Positions 32,349 to 41,914 of a stretch of 64,000 bases of DNA are shown piece after piece (position 1 is the first letter of the stretch; each line of letters opens with the position of its first letter). The notes under the pieces were generated by a model. That model had not been told where the DNA came from, did not search any database, and saw only the letters and a program-made list of their open reading frames with translations. Made by a program: the position numbers and the translations under genes. The DNA comes from Thermodesulfobacteriota bacterium (GTDB lineage Bacteria; Desulfobacterota; DSM-4660; Desulfatiglandales; Desulfatiglandaceae): NCBI GenBank assembly GCA_030837545.1, contig JAUPKI010000006.1, forward strand, positions 4,665-68,664, given 5' to 3'.

Positions 32349-33275
32349 ATGATGTCATCCATTGAAAGCATCTCATTGATCGGCACCGGGGCCATGGGCT
32401 CTTTTTATGCCAGTAAGCTTTTCGATATGGATCAGAAGTGTATATCTCTCATCGCAGATGGGGAACGCTATGCGCGTCTCAAAGGGAAGGGGTTTTTCGT
32501 CAATAACAGGCATTATGATTTGCCGGTCATGAGACCGGAGGATGAGTCCCCCCCTTCGGATTTGGTCATCGTAGCCGTAAAACACCATCATTTGCCAAAG
32601 GCCATCAGCGACATAAGAAACAGGATTGGCGAGAACACCGTTCTATTGTCTGTGATGAATGGCATAGACAGTGAAGCGCAGCTCGGAGCTGCGTATGGGA
32701 TGGAAAAGGTATTGTATGCCGTTGCAGTGGGTATTGACGCGCTCAGGGAAGGTAACCGCCTGACCTATACCACGCAGGGGAGGCTGTTTTTTGGCGAGGC
32801 AAAGAACCCTGTTGCCTCGCAGCGGGTCAAAGACGTGCAAGCCCTCTTTGATAGAGCCGCGATTGCCTATGAGACACCCGTCGACATGATCCGGGTCCTT
32901 TGGTGGAAGTTCATGATCAACGTTGGAATCAATCAGGCCTCGGCCGTCCTTCGCGCACCCTATTCCGCATTCCAGACATCACAGAAGGCCAAAGAACTCA
33001 TGGAATCGGCCATGAGGGAGGTCATGGCTATTGCCAAGGAAGCGATGGTGGATTTGTCTGAAAAAGATATCGAAAACTGGTATTCGGTCTTGGCCGGTCT
33101 CTCCCCGAGGGGCAAGACCTCGATGCTCCAGGATGTGGAGGCGGGGAGGAAAACCGAGGTCGACATGTTGGCGGGCAAGGTGATCGAACTGGGAAAGATA
33201 TATGGCATCCCAACGCCGGTAAATGAGAGGATTCTTAGATCGATAAAGCGGATAGAAGGCAAACCTTATCTGTAA
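32349..33275 (+). CDS. panE: 2-dehydropantoate 2-reductase (ketopantoate reductase family)
   Basis: 308 aa. N-terminal GTGAMGS Rossmann motif and ApbA/PanE C-terminal domain with SMLQDVEAGRKTEVD. Confidence 0.85.
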   Translation: MMSSIESISLIGTGAMGSFYASKLFDMDQKCISLIADGERYARLKGKGFFVNNRHYDLPVMRPEDESPPSDLVIVAVKHHHLPKAISDIRNRIGENTVLLSVMNGIDSEAQLGAAYGMEKVLYAVAVGIDALREGNRLTYTTQGRLFFGEAKNPVASQRVKDVQALFDRAAIAYETPVDMIRVLWWKFMINVGINQASAVLRAPYSAFQTSQKAKELMESAMREVMAIAKEAMVDLSEKDIENWYSVLAGLSPRGKTSMLQDVEAGRKTEVDMLAGKVIELGKIYGIPTPVNERILRSIKRIEGKPYL

Positions 33276-33288
33276 GCCATAGGATCAG

Positions 33289-34056
33289 CTATCGAAACAA
33301 AGCGGGCAGGGGAAACTCCCTCAGCCGCTCCAGTTCCCTTTCGCACGTGAGGTCGTAATGAATAGGGGTGACGGTGATGTAATTCTGCTTCAGGGCCACG
33401 GAATCATTGCAGGGATTGCCGTTTTCAATGAACGTCTCCCCCGTGAGCCAGTAGTAGAGATTTCCCCTTGGGTCATTTCGTCGATCGAAGCGCTCCTCAA
33501 ACCTGGAGGTCCCCTGCCTGGCCAGGACCACGCCCTGTATCTCTTCAGGCGGCACAGCGGGGATGTTCACGTTCAGCGCGGTCCCGTCGCTCAGGCCGCT
33601 CTCCATCATAAATCGGATAATCTCCTTGCTGAAGCGGGCGGCAAAGCGGAAGTCGGGGTCCTTCAGGGCCGCCATAGAAATGGCCGCAGACCGAATCCCC
33701 AAAAACGCCCCCTCGGTCGCCGCTGAGACCGTCCCCGAGTACAGGATGTTGACGCCTACATTGGCCCCCACATTGATCCCGGACAGGACCACATCCGGGG
33801 GGGCCTCCAGGAGTTCCTGCACCGCGATCTTGACGCAATCGGCCGGCGTGCCCTTGACCGCATGGCCGAAGAACAGGCCGTTTTTACGGACTGCCTGGAC
33901 CCGGATGGGCGACGTGAGGGTAATGGCATGCCCTACCGCGCTCATCTCTGATTCAGGGGCCACAATGTGGACCTCATGGTCTGACCTTAAGGCATCATAG
34001 AGGGCGAAGAGCCCGGGTGCATGAATCCCGTCGTCATTGGTCAAAAGGATTTTCAT
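33289..34056 (-). CDS. surE: 5'/3'-nucleotidase SurE
   Basis: 255 aa. Starts MKILLTNDDGIHAPG and contains GINVGANVG and YSGTVSAA. Confidence 0.95.
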   Translation of the reverse strand: MKILLTNDDGIHAPGLFALYDALRSDHEVHIVAPESEMSAVGHAITLTSPIRVQAVRKNGLFFGHAVKGTPADCVKIAVQELLEAPPDVVLSGINVGANVGVNILYSGTVSAATEGAFLGIRSAAISMAALKDPDFRFAARFSKEIIRFMMESGLSDGTALNVNIPAVPPEEIQGVVLARQGTSRFEERFDRRNDPRGNLYYWLTGETFIENGNPCNDSVALKQNYITVTPIHYDLTCERELERLREFPLPALFR

Positions 34057-34231
34057 GGGTTCGATCCGGTCTCCAAGGGAGGGTTGTGGGGTTGCATCCG
34101 CATAACATCTTGAGCCTTCAATCCGAAAAACTAATTCAGTTGCATTTTGAACGCTTTTTTTCTATTTTGATATATGTATTCTATTTTTCATCATTTGCCA
34201 AAGGAATAGAAACCTGACCGCGGAGAGTGTG

Positions 34232-35068
34232 ATGCGAGAAATACCCGCCCAGGCCGTTGTGGATGCGGTCAGAGATGCATCCATACGGGCCAATATTGAG
34301 TTAGGCGACGACGTTGTGGAGGCCCTGAAGCGGGCTGTTGAGCTTGAAGAATCAGACGTGGGAAGAGACATCCTCGAAAAACTTCTGGAAAACGCCGCCA
34401 TAGCCAGGGAGGAGCGGATTCCCATCTGCCAGGACACCGGCGTCGCAGTCCTCTTTGTTGAACTGGGCCAGGGGGCGATGGTGGCAGGCGATCTGTATCA
34501 GGCCCTCGAGGAGGGGATTCGGCAGGGGTATGAGGAGGGATTTCTCCGAAAATCGGTCTGCGACCCCTTTACCCGGAAAAATACCGGCGACAACACCCCG
34601 ATCATCGTTCACCTGAATCTGGTCCCTGGGGACCGCCTCAGGATCTGGGTCGTCCCCAAGGGAGGGGGGAGCGAAAACATGAGCAGGCTGTTTATGCTCC
34701 CGCCTGCCGCCGGGTGGGCCGGGATTAAGGAAAAGGTCGTGCAGACTGTGGCCGAAGCTGGCCCCAACCCCTGCCCCCCCACGATTATTGGCGTGGGCAT
34801 CGGGGGGAATTTCGAGCAGTCGGCGATCCTGGCCAAGAAGTCCCTTCTCCGCCTCCTTGGCACCCCGAACCCGGACCCAGGGTTGGCCCCCATGGAAGAG
34901 GAACTCCTCAGAGAGATCAACAGGACTGGGGTCGGCCCCCAGGGACTCGGCGGCAGGGTCACCTCCCTGGCCGTTCATATTCTGATGATGCCCTGTCACA
35001 TCGCCAGCCTCCCATTGGCCGTCAATATCCAGTGTCACGCAAGCCGACATGTGGAGATCGTGCTTTGA
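34232..35068 (+). CDS. class I (Fe-S) fumarate hydratase / L(+)-tartrate dehydratase, alpha (N-terminal domain) subunit
   Basis: About 278 aa. Cys ligand contexts PICQDTG and a second Cys region, typical of the two-subunit hydro-lyase. ATG at 34232 after GGAGAG; the track start is GTG at 34229. Confidence 0.9.
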   Translation: MREIPAQAVVDAVRDASIRANIELGDDVVEALKRAVELEESDVGRDILEKLLENAAIAREERIPICQDTGVAVLFVELGQGAMVAGDLYQALEEGIRQGYEEGFLRKSVCDPFTRKNTGDNTPIIVHLNLVPGDRLRIWVVPKGGGSENMSRLFMLPPAAGWAGIKEKVVQTVAEAGPNPCPPTIIGVGIGGNFEQSAILAKKSLLRLLGTPNPDPGLAPMEEELLREINRTGVGPQGLGGRVTSLAVHILMMPCHIASLPLAVNIQCHASRHVEIVL

Positions 35069-35069
35069 A

Positions 35070-35140
35070 CTGGATGCTGAATACTGGATGGTCGATGCTG
35101 GATGCTGGGAATTTCAGATTGGGAAGTGGATGGGTGGATG
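35070..35140 (+). repeat. degenerate tandem CTGGATGCTG-type word repeats in the spacer between the two fumarase subunit genes
   Basis: Read directly: ctggatgctgaatactggatggtcgatgctggatgctggg...gtggatgggtggatgactggg. Confidence 0.7.
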
Positions 35141-35191
35141 ACTGGGTACGGAACCGCCGGGATGCTTTCAGCTCTGAACTCCTAAAGGCTC

Positions 35192-35767
35192 ATGGAGAAG
35201 CTTATGGATGCCGAATATCATCTGACGACCCCGCTGTCTGACAGAGACGTCGAGCCCCTCAGGGCCGGGGACCGCGTCACCCTAACCGGGATCGTTTACA
35301 CGGCCAGAGACGCAGCCCATCGACGGCTCATCGAGCTGATCGAGGCGGGAACAGAACTGCCTATCCCGATCGAGGGGCAGGTCATCTATTACGTGGGCCC
35401 GTCCCCGGCCCCGCCAGGCCGGGTCATCGGGGCCGCCGGGCCTACCACCAGCTACCGCATGGACCCGTTTGCCCCCAGACTCCTTGAGATGGGCCTCAAG
35501 GCCATGATCGGCAAGGGGAAACGTTCGAAAGAGGTCATCGAGGCGATGGTGAGGCACAAGGCCGTTTACCTGGCCGCTGTCGGCGGGGCGGGAGCCCTCA
35601 TGGCAAAGGCCGTCACTGCCGCCCGGGTGGTGGCCTATGAGGAGCTTGGGCCTGAGGCGATTCGGGAGCTGAGGGTGGAAAGGCTCCCGGTGGTTGTGGT
35701 CAACGACATCCTCGGGAACGATTTGTATCAGGAGGGGCAGGAGAAGTACCGGATACTGGATACTTGA
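35192..35767 (+). CDS. class I fumarate hydratase / tartrate dehydratase, beta (C-terminal domain) subunit
   Basis: 191 aa. Contains GPTTSYRMD and IGKGKRS, characteristic of the Fe-S hydro-lyase beta domain. Confidence 0.9.
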   Translation: MEKLMDAEYHLTTPLSDRDVEPLRAGDRVTLTGIVYTARDAAHRRLIELIEAGTELPIPIEGQVIYYVGPSPAPPGRVIGAAGPTTSYRMDPFAPRLLEMGLKAMIGKGKRSKEVIEAMVRHKAVYLAAVGGAGALMAKAVTAARVVAYEELGPEAIRELRVERLPVVVVNDILGNDLYQEGQEKYRILDT

Positions 35768-35877
35768 TTTGCAAAGTTTGAAGTTACGAGTTTAAAGTGC
35801 CTAAAGTTAAAAAAGGAAAGATCCCGATTTCAACTTTTAACTCCGCACTCGACATTTCTTTTTTGGCTGATGGGTTA

Positions 35878-35914
35878 GACCTTGAACCTCTGAACCTTTG
35901 AACCTTTAAACCTC
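35878..35914 (+). repeat. GAACCTYTGAACC word repeats (a second patch of AAAGTT-type words at 35768..35815)
   Basis: Read directly: gaccttgaacctctgaacctttgaacctttaaacctc. Confidence 0.65.
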
Positions 35915-35926
35915 GGAGAAAATGGC

Positions 35927-36958
35927 ATGGCCACGAATAAGGGGAGACGCATCTGGTGGTGGATCGTCCCGGCGATGGTGATATTGGGAGGCCTTGGATA
36001 TTACTGGTACACGAAAACCGGACCGGAGACGGAAAAGCTCCGAGTAGCCAGAGAAATATCTCCTGACCAAAAACCGGGCGTCTCCGGGGCCGTCCAGGGG
36101 GCCGGGACGAGAACCGGCGCCGGAGACGCAGCCGTGTCCGGGCCTGAGTCCAAACAGGCCGTTCCTGAAGCCTCCGTAACAGAGGGGTCAGGCGCCCTGA
36201 AGTTTCCCATTGAGAAGAAGGCGGAGGATGCCGGACCCCCTGAAGTGGCCGTCCAGGGACCCATAGAAGAGCTGTTTTTGAAAACAGGGAGCGGCCGCAC
36301 GGCCGGGGGAACGGCGCCGGACCAGGGGGCATACTGCACCCTCATCGATCAGCGAGTTTCAGATTTTTTTAAGTCCCTAAACACCCAGGCGTATTTTCGA
36401 CGCTCGAACCTGGGAAAGGACGCCTATACCCATTTCACCCAGATTATCAAACGGTTGGCAGCCCAGCCGCCTCAGCCGGCGGGCGAGGGAATTCAGCCGG
36501 CCACGCTGCTGGCCAACATCTATTTCTTTTCCCGGGCCCTGGATCGGAAGGACCTGAGTCTCATCAAAGAGGTCATGGCAAACGAACGCGACACCATGGA
36601 GTTTAATCTGGAGACCTTCTACCGGTGGCTGATGCTCGGGAAGGATTACCCCAACCCTGGAGACGTGCGCCCGTCATTTGATGTAACCTATCGGTATGCA
36701 GGATTCTTTCTAAATACCACCGGGGGGAGGTCTTATCTTTTCCGACGGCCCTTGCGCTTGAGGCTTCTGGTGGGCTACTATTGTGTTCTCATTGTTTACC
36801 AGGCAGACAGATTAGGGAAAAACAGCTATGGGATTGACGTGGTGCCTTACCTCCAGCCCTTGAAAGATGAACTGAGACATCACCCCGAACTGGAGTTCCA
36901 GGACGAGTATATCCGTACGTTGAATCGGATTGAGAATTACTACCTTCAGAAACGCTGA
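35927..36958 (+). CDS. hypothetical membrane-anchored protein
   Basis: 343-aa ORF. N-terminal TM segment (IWWWIVPAMVILGGLGYYWY), a low-complexity linker and a globular C-terminus. No family recognised. Confidence 0.55.
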   Translation: MATNKGRRIWWWIVPAMVILGGLGYYWYTKTGPETEKLRVAREISPDQKPGVSGAVQGAGTRTGAGDAAVSGPESKQAVPEASVTEGSGALKFPIEKKAEDAGPPEVAVQGPIEELFLKTGSGRTAGGTAPDQGAYCTLIDQRVSDFFKSLNTQAYFRRSNLGKDAYTHFTQIIKRLAAQPPQPAGEGIQPATLLANIYFFSRALDRKDLSLIKEVMANERDTMEFNLETFYRWLMLGKDYPNPGDVRPSFDVTYRYAGFFLNTTGGRSYLFRRPLRLRLLVGYYCVLIVYQADRLGKNSYGIDVVPYLQPLKDELRHHPELEFQDEYIRTLNRIENYYLQKR

Positions 36959-37126
36959 CTAAAATTTCACCTTGGGGGCCTCCTGCCGGTCCTTCGGGAC
37001 CTCAAAGAAGGTCGCTTTTTCAAAGCCGAACATCCCCGCGATGATGTGGGTGGGGAAATGTCGTATCGCGATGTTGTAGGTTTTGGCCACTTCATTGAAC
37101 CGCATGCGCGGCAACTTGCGGAGAAG
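36959..37126 (-). pseudogene. LemA family protein, C-terminal remnant only (about 55 codons)
   Basis: My own translation of the minus strand gives LLRKLPRMRFNEVAKTYNIAIRHFPTHIIAGMFGFEKATFFEVPKDRQEAPKVKF*. This matches the conserved LemA C-terminus (RxxYNxxxxxYNxxIxxFPxxxxAxxFGF). It is bounded upstream by an in-frame stop, and no N-terminal part is present. Confidence 0.6.
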
Positions 37127-37180
37127 TCAGTGCGCCTTACCGGAAATGATCTGGAACCATCATCATGCAGGGGTCCCGTT

Positions 37181-37711
37181 ATGACGGAAAGCTTTTCTGA
37201 AATCGCTTCCTTTGCTCTAAGCAGGGTGATCGACGTTATTTATCAGAACGAAGAAGACCTCGGCGATGTCCTTCACTTTATCGTCTCCCTGGCAGCGGAG
37301 CTGACCGGCGCAAAGGGGAGTACCCTTCGCGTCCTGGAACATGGGTCGTTTGATCTTAAGGTGGTTTCCGCCTTTGGTCTCAGCAAAAAGTACCTTAACT
37401 CAGGGGCCATCGATTCCGGTAGGAGCATCACCGAGATCATGGAGGGGGACATCATGATTATCAACGATTTTGAGAAAGACCCCCGCGTTCATAATCGGGA
37501 AGCGGCCAGAAGAGAGGGCCTGGCCGCAGTGATCGGCATCCCCTTTACGGTCAATGAAACCACGTACGCCATCCTGAGGGTCTACTTCACCTCCAAAAAG
37601 GTCCCGAACCACGACGAAATGTATTTTTTAAACAGTCTCGGAAAGCTGGCCTGCCTGGCCATGGAACGGTCAGCCATGCACGAACTGCGGGGCGGCCCCG
37701 GCCATACATAA
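37181..37711 (+). CDS. GAF domain-containing protein
   Basis: About 176 aa from MTESFSEIASF. GAF-like core (GAKGSTLRVLE...AVIGIPF...YAILRVYF). The track ORF start at 37046 overlaps the LemA remnant and is unlikely. Confidence 0.7.
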   Translation: MTESFSEIASFALSRVIDVIYQNEEDLGDVLHFIVSLAAELTGAKGSTLRVLEHGSFDLKVVSAFGLSKKYLNSGAIDSGRSITEIMEGDIMIINDFEKDPRVHNREAARREGLAAVIGIPFTVNETTYAILRVYFTSKKVPNHDEMYFLNSLGKLACLAMERSAMHELRGGPGHT

Positions 37712-37715
37712 CCGT

Positions 37716-38321
37716 TCACGCTTCCGTGTAGAACTCAGGATATAGCTTCTTTGCGCACTCCGGGCAGATACCGTGGCTGAATTCCGTTTCTGAACGGTCG
37801 CTGATGTAGGCCTCAATGGGTATCCAGGAGCCGTCCTTTTCCCTGATCTTTTTGCAGTTGGCGCAGATAGGGAGAAACGATCCCAAGTTGTTGACAATGA
37901 ATTTTTCGGCTGCCCGAATGCGCCGACTCAGGGTTTGCAACAACTCAAGGGCCATGCCGGGGCATTCAGCCATTTTTTTACGCAGATCCAACTGTTCCAG
38001 GCAGAGGACCCTTGTCTGTTCCGTAGCGACCACGCTGGCCGACCGTGGCATATCATCGATCATGGCCATCTCCCCAAAGTAGGCCCGGGGCCCGAATGCG
38101 CCCAGTATCTTTTCATCCCTCTGCCCGAGCCTTTTGACGGCCTCCACGCGACCGCTGACGACGACAAAGAGCCGATTGTCCCGCTCCCCTTCCTTGATAA
38201 TCAGCTCACCCTCCTTAAACTCCTGAACCCGGGCGTGCTCAGCGATCCGCTCCAGGTCTTTCGCCGTCATCTGTGAAAAAATGGAGACGACGGACAAAAA
38301 GGCTGCTTTATCCATAGACAT
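37716..38321 (-). CDS. cyclic nucleotide-binding domain protein with C-terminal CxxC...CxxC module
   Basis: 201 aa. cNMP-binding beta-barrel (FGEMAMIDDMPRSASVVA) followed by ICANCKKIREKDGSWIPIEAYISDRSETEFSHGICPECAKK. Confidence 0.85.
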   Translation of the reverse strand: MSMDKAAFLSVVSIFSQMTAKDLERIAEHARVQEFKEGELIIKEGERDNRLFVVVSGRVEAVKRLGQRDEKILGAFGPRAYFGEMAMIDDMPRSASVVATEQTRVLCLEQLDLRKKMAECPGMALELLQTLSRRIRAAEKFIVNNLGSFLPICANCKKIREKDGSWIPIEAYISDRSETEFSHGICPECAKKLYPEFYTEA

Positions 38322-38381
38322 CCTCCCCCATCTTTCAGGCCATTCACCATCCAGTTAGTATCCAAGAACCATCTACCCCCA

Positions 38382-39641
38382 TCAAGCCCCGCTTTTCTGC
38401 TTGACCAGAGATATCAGAATGCTTCCGATCGCTGCCATGACCGCATTGATCAGAAACGGCGTATCATAGCAACCGGCGCTATCCCGCAACAGGCCGCTGA
38501 CCCAGTGGACCGAAATGGCCCCGAGACCGTAGAAGGGGGTCCATACCCCGATCACCGTCCCCATCATCTGTCGCGGAAAAAAATCTCCGGCACAGGCCCC
38601 GTACATGGGAAAGGTGGCGCCATAGAAAACCGCCATGATCCCGACAAACAGGCAGAGCATGCTCCATGAATCCCCACTCAGGATGATCCCGGCCAGGCAG
38701 GCGGTGATTAGAGAATTGGAAAAGATCAAGGTCCTTCTTCGGCCCAGATAGTCGGACATGGGGAGGACCGTCAGCACGCCGATCACCTGGCAGGTTCCGT
38801 GTATCGTCGCCAGAAGGCTGGCCTTTTCCAACGGCACGCCGAACTGGGATCTGGCATAATCCACCATGAAGGTGGTGATGCCGTAAAGGCTGTAGGAGAT
38901 AGCGAAATAGGAGAGACCCACGAGCCAGAAGGTGCGGTCCCTGAAGAGTCTGGAGAGGACCGGGTCTTGAGGCCGCCATGGCGTTGCCGGCGCCTGTCCG
39001 GTCCCGGCCCCTTTCTGACCCCACGGTTGATATCCGGTTGACTCCGGATCGCTACGGAGGAGGAGACCGTTTGCCAGGATCATCACCAGGGCCGCGGCCC
39101 CTAAGAAATACCAGGCGTAGCGCCAGCTCCATTGGTTCACGATCCGGGGAAAGACGACTCCCATGGTGGCAAACCCCAGGCCATAACCGGTGGAAAGAAT
39201 GCCGAGGGCAAGTCCCCTTCGGTTCGGGGCGAACCAGCGCTGGACTACTGTGATGATCGGGGTCCACATGCCCGTGCTTCCGAGGCCGACAACGGCAAAG
39301 GCGAGGCATGCCATCCCAAAGGAACGGATGCTCCCCATCAGGAGAACGCCCCCGCCCAGGATGCCTGCGCAGACGGTAATGATCTGCCTCGCCCCGATGC
39401 GGTCGGTGAGATAGCCGGCCAGGGGGGTCAAGGCCACATACAACAGGAAGTAGGCATTGTAGACAGATCCTCCGGCCGTACGGCTGAACCCGAGGTTCTG
39501 GATCATCTCCGGAAGGACGACGCTGTATCCGAGGCGCACCGAATAATTAATGAAGAGGTTGACAAAGCAGGTCCCTAAGATGATCCAGGCCCAGTGGAAG
39601 GTCTTTCTTTCTCTCAAATCCGTTATGTCTCTATGATCCAA
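38382..39641 (-). CDS. MFS transporter
   Basis: 419 aa, 12 predicted TM segments and the MFS loop motif GYLTDRIGARQ. Confidence 0.9.
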   Translation of the reverse strand: MDHRDITDLRERKTFHWAWIILGTCFVNLFINYSVRLGYSVVLPEMIQNLGFSRTAGGSVYNAYFLLYVALTPLAGYLTDRIGARQIITVCAGILGGGVLLMGSIRSFGMACLAFAVVGLGSTGMWTPIITVVQRWFAPNRRGLALGILSTGYGLGFATMGVVFPRIVNQWSWRYAWYFLGAAALVMILANGLLLRSDPESTGYQPWGQKGAGTGQAPATPWRPQDPVLSRLFRDRTFWLVGLSYFAISYSLYGITTFMVDYARSQFGVPLEKASLLATIHGTCQVIGVLTVLPMSDYLGRRRTLIFSNSLITACLAGIILSGDSWSMLCLFVGIMAVFYGATFPMYGACAGDFFPRQMMGTVIGVWTPFYGLGAISVHWVSGLLRDSAGCYDTPFLINAVMAAIGSILISLVKQKSGA

Positions 39642-40144
39642 TCCCTTATATCCCCATCAGACTATCTTCTCAATGGATGCACAACGTTCATAACCGCCGT
39701 CCCGTGGGGCCGCACGGATCTCTCCGATGTCTATCCCTGTTACCCCATCTCCTCGTTGACCGTCAATGCCTTTTCATGGGCGCATGGGATTTCTGACGTT
39801 CAATTATCGAGGTCGCTACGGCTTGGCCGTCATATCTTGTTGGTATTGTTTTCCTTTCATGATATACGCGAGGCAAAGGGCGATATGTGGATCATTGTTG
39901 CGAGGCGCTGACCTGCTCAAGATATGAGATAGACTATGGAGATATGGGGTAGGCTCTTGGCTCAGCACAGGGTTTCACAAGTACCTTGACCGCATCCTAA
40001 GGACTAAGGAACTGGATCCCGGCTTTCGCCGAAAGGATGGGGCCGCCCTTGCACCTGATGCCTCACGCCTTACGCCTCCAACATCCATGTTGACTTATTG
40101 CCTTATAAATGCTCTATTAGAAAGAGAAAGGAGGGAGGAGACAG

Positions 40145-41065
40145 ATGGAAGACAAGAACCTGTTCAACACCCGGGAGATCGCGCGATTCTTAGACATCAA
40201 CGAAAAAATGGTCTACAGCCTGATTTCGGAGAAGGGGCTTCCTGCCACCAAGGCCACCGGCAAATGGCTCTTTCCGCGCCATCTGGTGGAGCAGTGGCTG
40301 GAGAACCAGACCATCAACTACCCCAAGACGGCCGACACCCTCCCCCCCTATCACGGCCTCCTCATCCTCAGCGGGAGCAACGATATCCTTCTCGACAAGG
40401 CCCTTTCCCTCTTCAACCGGCTCTATCCCGATCAGGTGGCCGTATTCGGCAATCTGGGGAGCCTGGGCGGCATTCGGGCCCTGAGGCGCAATCTCTGTCA
40501 TATCGCTGCGAGCCATCTCCTTCAGGAAAATGAACAGGAGTATAATTTCGGCTTTGCCAGGGAAGAACTGGGGCAGGTGCCCGGAATCATCAATTTCTGC
40601 AAGCGGGAGCAGGGGCTCCTCGTGGCCAAGGGCAATCCCAAGAAGATCACGGGGATCCCGGACCTGGGTCGGCCGGGGATTCGCATTGTGAATCGGCCGT
40701 CGGGGACCGGGACCCGCCTTCTCTTGGAAACGGGGCTCAGAAAAGCAGGCATCGACGGCTCGCGCATCGAGGGGTATGACCGGGAGGTGAGCCGTCACTT
40801 TGACGTGGGCGTCGAGGTATTGTCAGGCCGTGTGGATGCGGGACCTGGAATCCGGGCGGTGGCCGGGCTCCTGAACCTCGATTTTATCCCCCTGCGATGG
40901 GAGCGGTTTGATTTTCTGATCCAGAAGGATCGATTTTTTGAAAAGGGGATTCAACTTTTCCTGGGTTTCCTGAGCGAGCCTGCCTTCCGGGAGATAGCCA
41001 ACGACCTGCCAGGGTATGATCTCAGCCTCTGCGGAAAAATGGTCTTCCCCCACGACGCCGCCTAA
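40145..41065 (+). CDS. excisionase-type HTH DNA-binding protein fused to a periplasmic-binding-protein-like (oxyanion-binding type) domain
   Basis: 306 aa. N-terminus LFNTREIARFLDINEKMVYSLISEKGLPATKATGKWLFPRHLVEQWL (MerR/excisionase HTH). The remainder resembles a PBP-like ligand domain (NRPSGTGTR). Confidence 0.75.
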   Translation: MEDKNLFNTREIARFLDINEKMVYSLISEKGLPATKATGKWLFPRHLVEQWLENQTINYPKTADTLPPYHGLLILSGSNDILLDKALSLFNRLYPDQVAVFGNLGSLGGIRALRRNLCHIAASHLLQENEQEYNFGFAREELGQVPGIINFCKREQGLLVAKGNPKKITGIPDLGRPGIRIVNRPSGTGTRLLLETGLRKAGIDGSRIEGYDREVSRHFDVGVEVLSGRVDAGPGIRAVAGLLNLDFIPLRWERFDFLIQKDRFFEKGIQLFLGFLSEPAFREIANDLPGYDLSLCGKMVFPHDAA

Positions 41066-41132
41066 GAATAGGGCGTATGTTAGGGGACCTACCGGCTCCG
41101 CTCCAGATTAAATTCCACAATTCCGGGCAGAT

Positions 41133-41795
41133 ATGAGCAGATCCTCTTGCCGACAATGGATGGACCAACGCTGGCCGATATGGGCCGCAGCCACATTGAA
41201 GGGGTGGATGCGGATAGTTCGGTCAACCCTGGTGGGGGTGGAACAGACCCAGGGCGCCCCGTGCGGCATTGCCATCTGGCATGGGGATGAGCTGGCGCTC
41301 ATCCCTCGCTTCGGACATCTAAGGCCGACCCTCCTGGTCAGCCGGTCTAAAGACGGAGAGAGCATGGCAAGGGCAGCTCAGGCCCTGGGCTACCGAGTGA
41401 CACGGGGCTCCTCTACGCGAGGCGCTGTCGGGGGGCTGATCGCCCTGATCAGGGCCGTCCAGGAGGGCCATGCAGTTGTCTTAACCGTAGACGGTCCCCA
41501 GGGCCCCCGTGGGGTCTGCAAGCCCGGCATTATTCGGATTGTTCAGAAAACCGGGGTCCCCTTGTTCCCGGTGGGGGTGGCCGTCTCGCGCCGGTTTGTC
41601 TTCCGAAAGACCTGGAACCAGGTCTATCTCCCCCTCCCCTTCTCCCGCCAGGTGGTCTTTGTGGACCGACCGATCTCATTTCCAGAAACATATGATTTCG
41701 AGGCGATGGAATATCACTGCCGCCAGGTGGAGGCGGCCCTTCAAGAGGCCCACCAGAAGGCCAGAATGGTGCTCAGAGGGGGGGATATCACGTGA
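41133..41795 (+). CDS. DUF374 / lysophospholipid acyltransferase-like protein
   Basis: 220 aa. Contains IAIWHGDEL, LVSRSKDGE, RGSSTRGAVGGL and LTVDGPQGP, typical of DUF374. The start may be a few codons downstream. Confidence 0.75.
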   Translation: MSRSSCRQWMDQRWPIWAAATLKGWMRIVRSTLVGVEQTQGAPCGIAIWHGDELALIPRFGHLRPTLLVSRSKDGESMARAAQALGYRVTRGSSTRGAVGGLIALIRAVQEGHAVVLTVDGPQGPRGVCKPGIIRIVQKTGVPLFPVGVAVSRRFVFRKTWNQVYLPLPFSRQVVFVDRPISFPETYDFEAMEYHCRQVEAALQEAHQKARMVLRGGDIT

Positions 41796-41914
41796 CTTCG
41801 GGGAAGAGAAACAGGGGTTTCCCGGCTTGCAGATCAAGCCATGTTCTGGTATAGGGGCTGAGAGAAAAGCAAAATTTCACGTGGCTTTTTACGGATTTTT
41901 TTGAGATTGAGCCA

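Noticed and set aside
34232-35767. Fumarate hydratase split into two ORFs with a 123-nt repeat-filled gap, considered as a disrupted gene.
   Set aside because: Two-subunit (alpha/beta) class I hydro-lyases are a normal arrangement in anaerobes and archaea. Both ORFs are complete with their own start, and the beta gene has a plausible RBS.
39594-39911. 105-aa ORF in the MFS/regulator divergent spacer.
   Set aside because: It overlaps the MFS gene start on the opposite strand, has no RBS and no recognisable fold. Most likely non-coding promoter DNA.
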